A DNA stretch of 59,678 bases, taken from NCBI GenBank assembly GCA_013115145.1, contig JAAPAO010000161.1, positions 1 to 59,678 of the forward strand. The letters run 5' to 3'. Source of the stretch: Perkinsus chesapeaki ATCC PRA-425. Taxonomy: Eukaryota; Protista; Perkinsozoa. The first letter of the stretch is position 1, and the number at the start of each line of letters is the position of its first letter. The position numbers and the translations under genes were made by a program. A model generated the notes under the pieces. That model had not been told where the DNA came from, made no database searches, and saw only the letters and a list, made by a program, of their open reading frames with translations. Of the stretch, positions 49,901 through 59,678 are shown one piece after another.

Positions 49901-50059
49901 AGACGCAGCCTTTATAGGTAAATGGCAATCAAACGAGCATGTCACTGCCGTAGCAAAGACGGTAAGTGACGAAGCTCTAGACAGCTCTTGAATATCTTTT
50001 CGAACATGAACAGCGACAACAAGTCTGGGTTTGTGCTTCAGCCAAAACCGAAGACACAA
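46986..50059 (-). CDS. EEP-superfamily nuclease (CCR4/PDE12/angel-like), multi-exon; 5' end uncertain
   Basis: FSFVTWNIL, NADIVALQ|E, VKLLQAYLL, VLLGGDFNSTPDDS and TLPNSDIPSDHAPLNLQF in the canonical order. Confidence 0.88.
47477..47736 (+). CDS. Small spliced antisense ORF nested in the EEP gene; weak dynein light chain LC8-like pattern; start not located
   Basis: ENIVKTALPSWSVI|VPNGRLHPRSRLVSGTMLYCHSRTSYYFVAWS* via intron 47574-47638 (GT...CTAACAG); in-frame TGA upstream at 47474-47476. Confidence 0.4.
47574..47604 (+). other. Degenerate tRNA 3' fragment (His-like end) at the 5' end of putative intron 47574-47638
   Basis: GTGAACTCCGGTTCGAATCCCAGTAGCGACA; B-box GGTTCGAATCC, then a 5-nt T-stem strand, 7-nt acceptor-like strand TAGCGAC and discriminator A. 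Confidence 0.55.
49623..49804. repeat. Minisatellite, 47-bp unit, about 3.9 copies, in a probable EEP-gene intron
   Basis: TATATAATATACACTATGTTGAAGGCATCTAAAGCTACCAA(A/G)GGTGT at 49623, 49670, 49717 and partial at 49764. Confidence 0.98.
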
Positions 50060-50314
50060 TAACGGGGACAGAGTTCAACAGAACGCCTTATCGGCTGAAC
50101 TATATGAAGTCCCAGTGACAGATGAAAGATTATGATGATTACGCAGTATTATCGGTAGTGTAGAGAGAAGTAGATGGCGTAATAGGACATAGAGTCCAAG
50201 GTGGAATAACAACCATACCACTCTTAACTTTATAGCACGGCAGTCAGCAGCAGTTGAAATGAGATATTATTATCAATCGGTTGAATGAGTCACAACTGTC
50301 CAAACTGTTGGCTT

Positions 50315-53099
50315 CTACTTCGCACCAGCTTTAACGTCCTTCCCAATGAAGGCGAACGTGTCACCATCATCAGCTGTAGCCATCCACTCTTTCGGAGCCT
50401 CCTCCGATTCTGAGCAAACCCTCACGGGATCATCTAAATACGACCTACTGAACATGTTCCGGTCAAAGTCACCAGAGTCCTCGAACTTCGCGGCTGCCAC
50501 CGGGATGTTGTCTCCAGCAGAGGCATTGCTCTTCAGCGTGCCAGATAAGGTTCTAAAAATCTTAATCCAACACCTCCGCCGCAACCTCCGTACCTAGGCC
50601 TATCGGCGTGCTTCTGAATGTTATCGACCTTTCCCCATTGCCAAGTAGAAGTGGTCTCGCTGGCAGGGGTAGAGGTAGGGTTCTTCATGCCCGACAGAGG
50701 GTCATAGTAATGGTAACCAGGTTCATCCTTATCGGTGGTCTGATGGATGCCGCTTCCAGGGACCTAAAATTCCATTGCACAACACTGATTGCTCGCTGTC
50801 TACATTGCTGCTGAGGTTGTCCATATCAGGACCCATATCGAGATCTTCATCCAAGAAGTAAGTATTGTGAGCGGTGCTGTACTTGCTGCCGATGGTTCCA
50901 GCCTTTTTAGCCGAGGGATTGGCGGCGCCCTGAAGCGTCTGGCCCCCGGTCGGGGTGCTGCTGGCTGTGACTGCCGACGCCTTGCGTGCTGTGCTCCCGA
51001 CGATACCCTCAATCTCGTCCATGGACCTGGTCATACCTATACCACTTTAAGTCTTCTGAAGTGCTCACTTCTTCCTTATAGTCTCGTGATCTTCAAGTGT
51101 CCAATCAAATGAGCCTCGACCATAGGGATAGAAATGGTACTTCTCCTCAGAAGTGTTGGCTCCTTCACCACTCTCCTCAAAGATATCCTAACACAACATC
51201 ACCACTAATCCACCGTTCTTGCTTCTTACATTATCGTATTGGCCGCTCATTCGTCTGCTTACTTCAGGTGTTGGCACTTGTACAGACATTCGCTACTGCG
51301 CTACATTTGCACGCATGCGCATGCGCCCCACTTGAACGCAAGAACATCAATGATATAGACAACATCAGTTATTGAGGGATAAGTCCAGCCTAAACGAGCA
51401 TCCACAATAACACCTTCATCATGAAGTATCATCATAATAAGGATCGACATGTTGTTGCAGAGTTGTTCATTTCCAAGAATTTATAGCATACTCTCCATAG
51501 ATATGGATCTGTACGTCTGATCACTCGGAATGGAGAACAACAATGCAACAAAAACATCATATTCATCATACCACACTTCTTCCGAATCCTGCTGCTGCTG
51601 CCCCAACAACACTGAACATATTAACCTCTATCATCTCCCCGGCTGCCCTATCAATATTCATCGGCGACCCAACAGCGCTGCTACTAGCAGTCGTCGGCGG
51701 TGTCGAATTATCAAAATATATGTCCAACCATATAAGCCCGGGGAGTGTCGGAGTTGATGGTGGCGTACTTGGCGTGGCTGACGGAGATCTACTAGTGCCC
51801 TGCATTGGCAGTGTGACACTCAACAACAGTCGAACTTCTTCCAGTGGCGGCAAAGGCCGGAATTGTACCCTGGTTGTACGATCCAACAGGACGCGGGGCC
51901 CTCGCAGTAAGCTGTGGTTGCCCATGTGGTCAGTGGTCGAGGAGTTCATAAGTATTAAACCATACAATCACCATGACTCCCCTTAGCGCAACAACATATG
52001 CTGTAACTGCGGATCCACGTAAGGTATCCGATACAACAATAATGTACTCAAAAATGAAATCATATTGATAATCATAATAAACAAATCTTTATTCTTCATT
52101 CCCACTCGTTCTCATCTCTGGCGTTCCACTTTCCTAAACGACAACAGCCATTAACAAATGTCCAGCATGCCGCCCCCCAAGGCCAGCCGTACGCAGTTCT
52201 CGGCAGCAGCAGCAGCAGCAGCTTCCACCCCCGACTGCAGCACTGAAGCCGGCTCAGCCAAGGGGGGCGGCGACGACGACGACGGAACGACCCGGGACGA
52301 GTAAGGCGTGTAGGCATTACCTGGAGTGTCGGCATCTGCACCAGGCTCGTAACTGAGGGGACAGACTTTGTGTGCAGCTACCATACCGTTAATGTTACTG
52401 TTCGTCCAAGGTCTTAGGTGCCCTGGGGAACTTAGAGCTCAAGTGCCAGCCCATATCGACCCTCTCCTCCCACTGACGATCGTCGCCAGTTGATGCGTTC
52501 TTGTCGTAATAGTAATACCTACCCCACATATCACCACCCAAATGACTTGACCTACTCCTACTTATCATCCCAATCCCTCTCCTGCCAGTTGTAGCCCTGA
52601 AAGCCTTGGCCCAGAGTCTCCCACTGGTCCTCTTTCCAGTCATACTTTGGTGTGCTAGGAGTGTAATAGTCATATGTGTCATTGTATGCGCCTATCACCA
52701 AGCATCACATCGCCTGCAATGCCCCTAACCCTCACCTTCATCCTTCTTTCTCCATTCAACATATCCACTCTCTTTGCTCCAATACCAATCGCCATATCCA
52801 CAATACCACCAGTCACCAACCCAATAACCCTTCTCATCATCCTTCTTATTTCCCCACGAGGACTCGGACCCATAATAATCGTTCCACGAACCGTAGCGAC
52901 CTCGGGACTGACTGCGACCACCGTTGCCATAGTTATCGTTATTCCATGTGCCCCAGTCGCTGTTGTATGTCCTCCATTGCGACCTGCCCCTCGACTGGCT
53001 CCTAGGACTGGCGTCCTCTCTACGCCAGGTGTCGTAATAAGACCGGCCTCGGCCATACGAGGCCGGGGCGGCACTGTAGCTTCTGGAAAAGGTTGCCAT
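50315..53099 (-). CDS. Multi-exon low-complexity hypothetical protein(s) with a Trp/Asp/Gly/Arg-rich N-terminus
   Basis: MATFSRSYSAAPASYGRGRSYYDTW...GYWVGDWWYCGYGDWYWSKE; DDWKEDQWE; Pro/Ser-rich downstream exons. Confidence 0.5.
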
Positions 53100-53835
53100 A
53101 AAGTGAAATGCAACTGAACAAATACTTATGTTATTCATTTAAATGACCATCAATAATAATTAATACTGCCAGAGTGTAGTAATAGAGGCCGGCAGATATC
53201 CAAAGTATATCCCTAGCAGACTGCTGGGCAAGCTGCCCAGGAAAGCATTTAGGCACTCAAGCCTGGCTGCCTACAAGGCTTCTGACATTTTTCAGTCTTA
53301 ATTAGAGTTGTCCAATGGTTACACTATCATATAGGAGCATCACAGGTTCCCGGTAGGAACGCACTCGATCATTCTTTTTGCCCCAGGAACATATTCGAGA
53401 GAATTTCTACAATAGCGCCGCAAAGAGAGCAGTTAACGAGGAGGTTGGATGATTCCCTAGTAACTATATCCAACGTAAAGAAATATGCTTGCCAAACAGC
53501 CTGCCGCATTGGTCGCAGTGAAATGCATATGAACCCAACAAACCAGCAACAGCCTCAGAGCACCAGCTCGTCTCCGCCTACAACAGCACCGAAGGAAGTC
53601 TGAAAGCTTGACTAAGAATTGACAAAGTTCAAGGTGATGTGTTAGTGCGCGTAAATGGCTTCTGCACGCATGATGCGTTTCAACAGTCCATCTTGCAATC
53701 TTGCATTCTCCCAACGCCACCTCTGGGCCGTCACGTAACGTGACACCCTTTCCGAAACAACTTACTTGTTTTTAGATTATTTTGATTTAAGTTTTATATA
53801 ATCCCCAAAGTGGCGTCATCCTATACGAAATTATA

Positions 53836-54705
53836 ATGTCATCCTTTATAGCCAATAGTAGCCTGGGTCGTTCCCCGAACCCCAGCGGAGCCGAATTCCC
53901 CTCCACCACCGAGCGGCCCCAAAAAGCGTCGTGTCGTCGTCATAAGATTGTCGTCATGGGCGTGTCCGGTTCGGGGAAGACCCGTATGGTCCAGAATTTC
54001 GTGTATGGTGGTGAAAGGCCGTCGGCCGCCATCCCAGATGTTAAGGGCCTTTCGGGAGCAAGGAAGCTCTCGTCGGTCTCAACAGCCTCTATATCATCTT
54101 TGGCTTCGCAAGCATCCACAAGGTCTAAATCTCGCTATCAGTATATACCAACTTTTGTCGATCATTACACGAAAAGGGTTAATAATGACACCATTGTTGA
54201 AGTGATCGACACTGGTGGGTTAGAGCATCCACAAGTCCAAGAGGTCTTGCCCGGTCTATTGAAAGACGCTGACGGTGTGATATTCGTTTATAACACTTGG
54301 CGCGGCTTTACTGTTTTATGTGATTGGATATCGATGTTGCAAAGTCAGCGTAAAAGGCCAGCAATGGTTATGGCGTTTGACGAGAAAGATGTCAACTTCT
54401 CCTGTCCGTTTGGCCTTTTCCATAGCCCCAGAGCACAGGCATTTGATCTGTTGCTCTCGATTATGGGCATCCGTCCAGACAGTACCAAATCTGATCGATC
54501 ATCTTCCCAGATTAAACGAGGTATCTACGCGTTGCCATGTGTGTGTTTAAGTTTTATCTCAGGTGTCGTGAGAGGTCGATCAGCGTCGCATTTATCGTCG
54601 AAAGGAGAACCGTCAAGTATGGAAGAGTTGAGGCGTCTTTACCGACAGCGGAGCAGCGTTTCCACCACGGCTGTGGGGAACTCGTTGAAGAGAGCCGTTT
54701 TTTAG
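53836..54705 (+). CDS. Atypical Ras-superfamily small GTPase
   Basis: KIVVMGVSGSGKT (G1), YIPTFVDHYTK (G2), VEVIDTGGLE (G3), DADGVIFVY; G4 degenerate; no CAAX. Confidence 0.85.
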   Translation: MSSFIANSSLGRSPNPSGAEFPSTTERPQKASCRRHKIVVMGVSGSGKTRMVQNFVYGGERPSAAIPDVKGLSGARKLSSVSTASISSLASQASTRSKSRYQYIPTFVDHYTKRVNNDTIVEVIDTGGLEHPQVQEVLPGLLKDADGVIFVYNTWRGFTVLCDWISMLQSQRKRPAMVMAFDEKDVNFSCPFGLFHSPRAQAFDLLLSIMGIRPDSTKSDRSSSQIKRGIYALPCVCLSFISGVVRGRSASHLSSKGEPSSMEELRRLYRQRSSVSTTAVGNSLKRAVF

Positions 54706-55464
54706 CTTGACTAATTTCATCGGTGCATTAATGCCCGAATATATTGAGAAACAGAGTTGTTATTAGTAGTGGTGTTTATTAGCCACTACGATGTTTTGGT
54801 AACCAAACAAGGTTGTACTATTTCTCGTAGAGGGTTCCTATAGGCTTTCTACTCAGAGTTGTCTCAGTCCATGCCGTTACCAGTCAACCAATTGACTTAC
54901 AGAAACTATTAATCCGATTTATGTCCATCCTGAAGTCTACTTGTCGTTGCTAGAGGTGTTAGCACATAATCAATGGCTCATATTTCTTGGACACCTTATT
55001 TGTCCATGATTGTTCGTCATTCTAGCTCACAAGTCTTGATTTCATTGTTATTCGATTTTATTACCAACGATTATATCCCATTTTGATTTGAGTTGGTGAA
55101 GCAGTTCTACGTTAATAACCGTTACTTATCTTCTGCGGAATAACAATCGAATCGACGGCATTCAGGATAGCAAGTGAAAATGTACAAAAAGTGCGTAGCA
55201 AAGTACATCATATCTTGCTTGTTCATTCGCCACAAGATGGCACCTTGAGTGGTTTATCAGAAAAGAGACAGTGTCTAGAATTAAGCTTCTGAGAGTGAAT
55301 AGTTATTGTCATGGCCAATGGGTGCCCAAGATCCCTTAACATTCACAGAAACGAACTCTACACCTCGTTGTGGCAGCGTATTTTGAACGTGTCTTCGAAA
55401 AGAAGCTACAGTTTCCCACTTTGCTACGGCGACAAGCCCCGCCCTTGCTTGTTTTCTTTGTGTG

Positions 55465-55537
55465 GCCTTCTTAGCTTAGTTGGTAGAGCACCCGCTTAGT
55501 AAGCGGGAGGTCGTCGGTTCGACTCCGGCAGAAGGCT
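55465..55537 (+). tRNA. tRNA-Thr (AGT)
   Basis: GCCTTCTTAGCTTAGTTGGTAGAGCACCCGCTTAGTAAGCGGGAGGTCGTCGGTTCGACTCCGGCAGAAGGCT; acceptor GCCTTCT/AGAAGGC, anticodon AGT. Confidence 0.97.
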
Positions 55538-55874
55538 TTGTCAACATCACGTAATAGGCCGTTGATGAAGAAGGGCCAGGGCATGCGGCACTGTTTATGT
55601 CACAGCGCCGGTGTCAGTCACCGGTGAGCCCAGTAGAGATAGGTTTCTTGTTCATCCTTCTTCGTTTTCCCTGAAAGTATCGATCTGCCGGCCGCCGTGA
55701 ACTGTGCCAGTGTCGAGGCGACACTGCAACGTCGAATAGCATCCTCCCGATCATAACTTTGCATTGTGTTCGGGCGAATGGTCTGACCAATAGGAAATAC
55801 TGAGATAACCACAATGCCCAACTTGACTAAAACGCAACACAATTCGCTGTGCAAGACAACCATGCACTCCAGCA

Positions 55875-57378
55875 TTACTCGTCAACCAACTCATACTCAT
55901 CCGGAAAGCAGATAAGTATTTCGTGTCGTTCGAGCTGCGGGTGTTTATGACAATGGTACCTAATGGAACTAGGGTCCTAGCGTGGAAACATCACAGCTTG
56001 CCCAAGAGGTTCCACTTGTTCTACAAAAGCTCTGTCTTCTGACCAAAAGTACATCTGTCCAAACAGAAACGGAATACTCCGCAAATTTACCATCGAATAC
56101 TCACTTGATTTTCGGCATAGATGAGAGGACGATCCCTCTTGATCGTCTCGCGCGCACCCATAGCCACTAAGTGCTCCATTCCTTCTACATCGATTTTGAG
56201 AAGATCTATCTTACGACTAAATGAGAACCTGAATAGCTTTCGATGACGGTATTATAGAAATCGAAACTTTATCGGTTGTTTACGAGTCTAAACTGCGAAT
56301 TGTGATGTTCTCTACTCCACTATAGGCAACCAGTGCCACTTCCTCAGCTTGCTGCTGTGATATTCGCATAGCTCCTGGGACTTTCATTATATATGATACA
56401 CGTGTAAGGATTACTCTCAAACAGTGCCTAGTGAAGAATGAGTGGGCTTACCCAAGTTGCTGATCCGGCTCAAACTAGGCGCCTGCACTTGCACAATACG
56501 CTCAGGGCCATCCTCACCGATCCCCACATTATATGTGTAAACGTTGGATAAACCATTCAAGACCTATACAAGCGAAAGCTAGCGAGGAGATGAGAGAATC
56601 AAGTTCACCAAGAAAGCATATGAAGTTTCCTGAGAGAGTTTAAACCTCCAATCCGAGTTTGCCGGAAGGCTCGGGAGAGATTACACTGAGCATCGGACTT
56701 GCTCGATTTAAGATATAAGTTAAAATGATTTTCGATTAAAAGCGGAAATCATTTTAGGATTAGTTGGTCGCGATCATCATAACCTGCTCAGGTACTATTG
56801 CCTACCACATTAGCCGTAAGGATTTGGTACATGTATCGGAAAGGCTCGAAGCAGTGGAGTTGTCCCGAGGGACCGAGCTTCTCAGCTAATGGAATGGAAT
56901 ATCTGAAGAGGTGACTCATTGAAGGCAAACCTTGGCTGACGTACGCCCCGACATTGGCACCGATCTCGACAACAGTCTGTCCTCGCTTGATATACGATAA
57001 TAGGAAGGATTCTTCTGTGGGATCGTATGTGCCGGTCATCTTCATGAATGCCGAAACAACATAGTCATTTCCAGGAAGGGCGAGAATCTGTTAGAGTGCA
57101 GTCGACGGAATGCCAGCAATCCTGCCGAGCTAGAGTTATATCCACGAACAGCTTGAGAATTTCGCCGTTTTCCCGGCATATATCGAGCTGAAGACCTACC
57201 CGAGTTGGGCTCAACTGACTTGAACGAGCTGTAATGAGCACGGGGAAATGGCGACCAATTACTGTGTCTGGGAATGGTGCCGGTAATGAGCGCAACAGGC
57301 TGCTGCAAAAGCCATACCTACAGGATCTCTGATGGTCCAGCAGTACAGGATACAACAGAGCCGGAGCTTACTTCTCAT
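55875..57378 (-). CDS. FkbM-family SAM-dependent methyltransferase with hydrophobic N-terminus, multi-exon
   Basis: TVVEIGANVGAY|SIPLA...HCFEPFRYMYQILTANV|LNGLSNV; KIDLLKIDVEGMEHLVAMGARETIKRDRPLIYAEN; GYHC...; TAA at 55875-55877. Confidence 0.92.
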
Positions 57379-59050
57379 GGTCCCACGATTCACGCTGCAT
57401 CGTGCTATTGGCATCAATCCATATACCGAAAGTGAAGTCATGAATCTGCTAAGTACTACTAATCAAAGTCGGATAAATGAGGTACATCACTTACGAAGCT
57501 CAGACAGTTGTTATAGTCATCCTGCTGTGCACTCGAGGCCAAAATGAGGATTAAGAATACTAGATTATTTAGGAGGTTGGCAGGCTTTGGCATGAGTCTT
57601 CAAAACTGCATTTGGTCGCTTGCATACCAAGCGTAGACCCTGGGCACGACAGAGAGGCGGAAGCTCCTAATTCAGTTCACTATACACTCTACGTGATGCG
57701 ACAGTTCCATGACGACCAGGACCTCATATCAGTTTAACAGGCTACCTGTATAATGGAAGTACACATTACAAAATGACGGAAAATATATACAGGTTACTTC
57801 AAGTAACTTACTTTACAAGTAAAGTCTGCCTGTTACTAGACTGGTTGTATTGGGTAAGATACCTTATGCTGTTTTCCAGCTATCTGGGGAGTGCGTAATG
57901 TATTGAACTCTGTAGGCGACTGTAGCTACGAGTTTTCGTCTGTTTAGTAACTTTTCGCTCGTCCCCCAACGGGTTGTGTGAATCAAATACACTGCAGTGA
58001 AGTTTATTTAAAGTACAGTGGTTGTACAGTAGACGAAATGACATATTTGGAGTCTCGCTCAGAGCTTCTTGAGTGGACTGAAACTAGAACAGAAGTTTTG
58101 GCGCAGGACGTGGACGCTCTCCAGTGGTATTCTTGAAGTACTTTGAAGTTCATGGGTAGTATTTTCTACAAATACCGTATTCACCACGATCCGCTGTTGT
58201 TTTCACTTATTCAGAGACTACTTGTTTTACTAAAAAAAACTCGTCAGCTAAGAAATGGTCAAAAAGATCGGTGGTGGCACCACCGTGGTGCTCACTGGGC
58301 GCCTAATGGGTCACGTATTACGTGGCTCACTCAATGGTATCAGTTTGATACCAGCAAGCAACTCAGTTTCAACTTAAAGAATGTTCCTATGGGCTCATCA
58401 GTGCCCTAATTTCAGAATAAAGAGTAGAAACACCACCTCGAAATCGCTTGGAACAGCGTAAAGCCGAACATAAATCATCTGAAATGATAGCAGACGGAAA
58501 TGGTATTACTGGATGACAAATCACTTACACGTGTGAGAATGCGCTGTCGCTGTACGTCACAATAGTCGAAGGACTGAACTTATGTGAATTTGACAAAGCG
58601 GGCGAGATTAACACCTGCCAAGGAGCGAAGCATGAAGTTTAGCAGATTGCATGCCTGCTGGAAAAGAGTTCACATTACTCGATAAGCCAACTACACGGAA
58701 CTGAGTCGTAACTTACTTAGTCGTAAGCGTAACGCGCAGTTTCGTACAGCTCATGAGAAACCGTCAGATATCTCGCATCACGCTACGGTGACACGATTCT
58801 AAAAGTCTGTCTGACTTCCTGAGACTCGAGCTGAGTCTGCACCTATTCGCTCAATGAAAGCCTATCATTGCTCAAATTGTTCAACTAGCCCTAGTCGAAC
58901 TATTTCAGCTACCCTCGCCTTCGTATAATATCGGAGCATGTATGCTGTAGTCTTTTGCTATGTAAACCGTCACTGTATGCAGTCACGGAGCATGCTGCTC
59001 TGATAAGTTTTTCAGGAAAACCTAGTCTTGTGTAACACAAGTTGTGTTGC

Positions 59051-59345
59051 TCGGATAATTTATACGTGAATCGGATAATTGAATTCCGGTCATAAGATTC
59101 TCTCCCATTTGCGCGCGCCCACGGATAATTGGTATATCGGATATTTGAATGATGGTCGGATATTTGAGATGCACGAGTCCGTCAGATATAAGAGTGCGCG
59201 CATCCGGATATATGGGTGCGGTTCTTCGGATCTTATTCGTAGAAATTGAACGCGGGTCGGATAATTTAATGATTTTCCGGATATTTGATGCGCGCCAGTC
59301 GGTAAAAGAGTGCGCGAGTCGGAAACATGACCGGGAAATGCTGTA
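59051..59345. mobile_element. Probable DNA-transposon end: array of same-orientation CGGATA(A/T)TT motifs ending in CTG|TA (Tc1/mariner-like terminus)
   Basis: CGGAT cores at 59052, 59072, 59122, 59138, 59157, 59205, 59227, 59258 and 59278; repeated AGAGTGCGCG; reverse strand reads TA-CAGCATTTCCCGG; no partner end or transposase seen. Confidence 0.45.
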
Positions 59346-59678
59346 GTTACTCGACAGCCGGGGATCGCCAAAAGTTGGTCTAGAGTGGATAGTCTAACTA
59401 AGCCATTTTGGACGTTGGACTATAATCTCAGATACACCAAAGTGGTGGTACTGAATTATTCTTTATTCACAACCAACTCAAAAAGTGAAGTGGTCTAGCT
59501 GGACAAAAAAAGTTAATCTTGCTTGAGTCGAGTTCGGTGGATCTTGCATAATCAACAACACATGGCCCGATAGACAGCTTATCACCCGCCAACGACAAGA
59601 CCCAGCAAAAGCATCAATAGCAAGACCCAACAAATAGAAAAATCCCATTCAATAAAGTGAGCTTATTCATTTCCGTTG

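Noticed and set aside
53300-53720. FHCDQCG...VNCSLCG as an Rpp21-like zinc-ribbon gene
   Set aside because: No start or consistent exon chain could be built; too weak to report as a feature.
57400-59050. Short ORFs in the gene-poor right end as transposon genes
   Set aside because: No transposase, RT or other recognisable motif was found in any frame.

Overview
This is gene-dense eukaryotic DNA with many short (about 40-60 nt) GT-AG introns and dispersed tRNA genes. The gene style, including a myzozoan-type QCR9 and lineage-specific single-exon families, fits a Perkinsus-like alveolate; this is an inference and no database was searched. Because genes are split by introns, most listed ORFs are exon fragments or antisense shadows, and the gene models below were assembled by hand, so outer boundaries are approximate unless stated. 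Recognisable genes: BT1 folate/biopterin transporter, AMPK/SNF1 beta subunit, flavin monooxygenase, RPL13, JmjC protein, RanBP2-zinc-finger/UBA protein, myotubularin, PACRG-like protein, QCR9, a probable mitochondrial PPR protein, a CCR4/PDE12-like EEP nuclease, an atypical Ras-family GTPase and an FkbM methyltransferase. There are three intact tRNA genes (Ala-AGC, intron-containing Tyr-GTA, Thr-AGT), three minisatellites, a decayed two-gene duplication and a probable DNA-transposon end. The most striking unexplained pattern is four spliceosomal introns that begin with the 3' part of a tRNA (T-arm plus acceptor 3' strand) in the sense orientation, within 0-11 nt of the 5' splice site. An intact tRNA-Tyr also sits inside an mRNA intron. 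No CRISPR array, rRNA or complete transposon ORF was seen.
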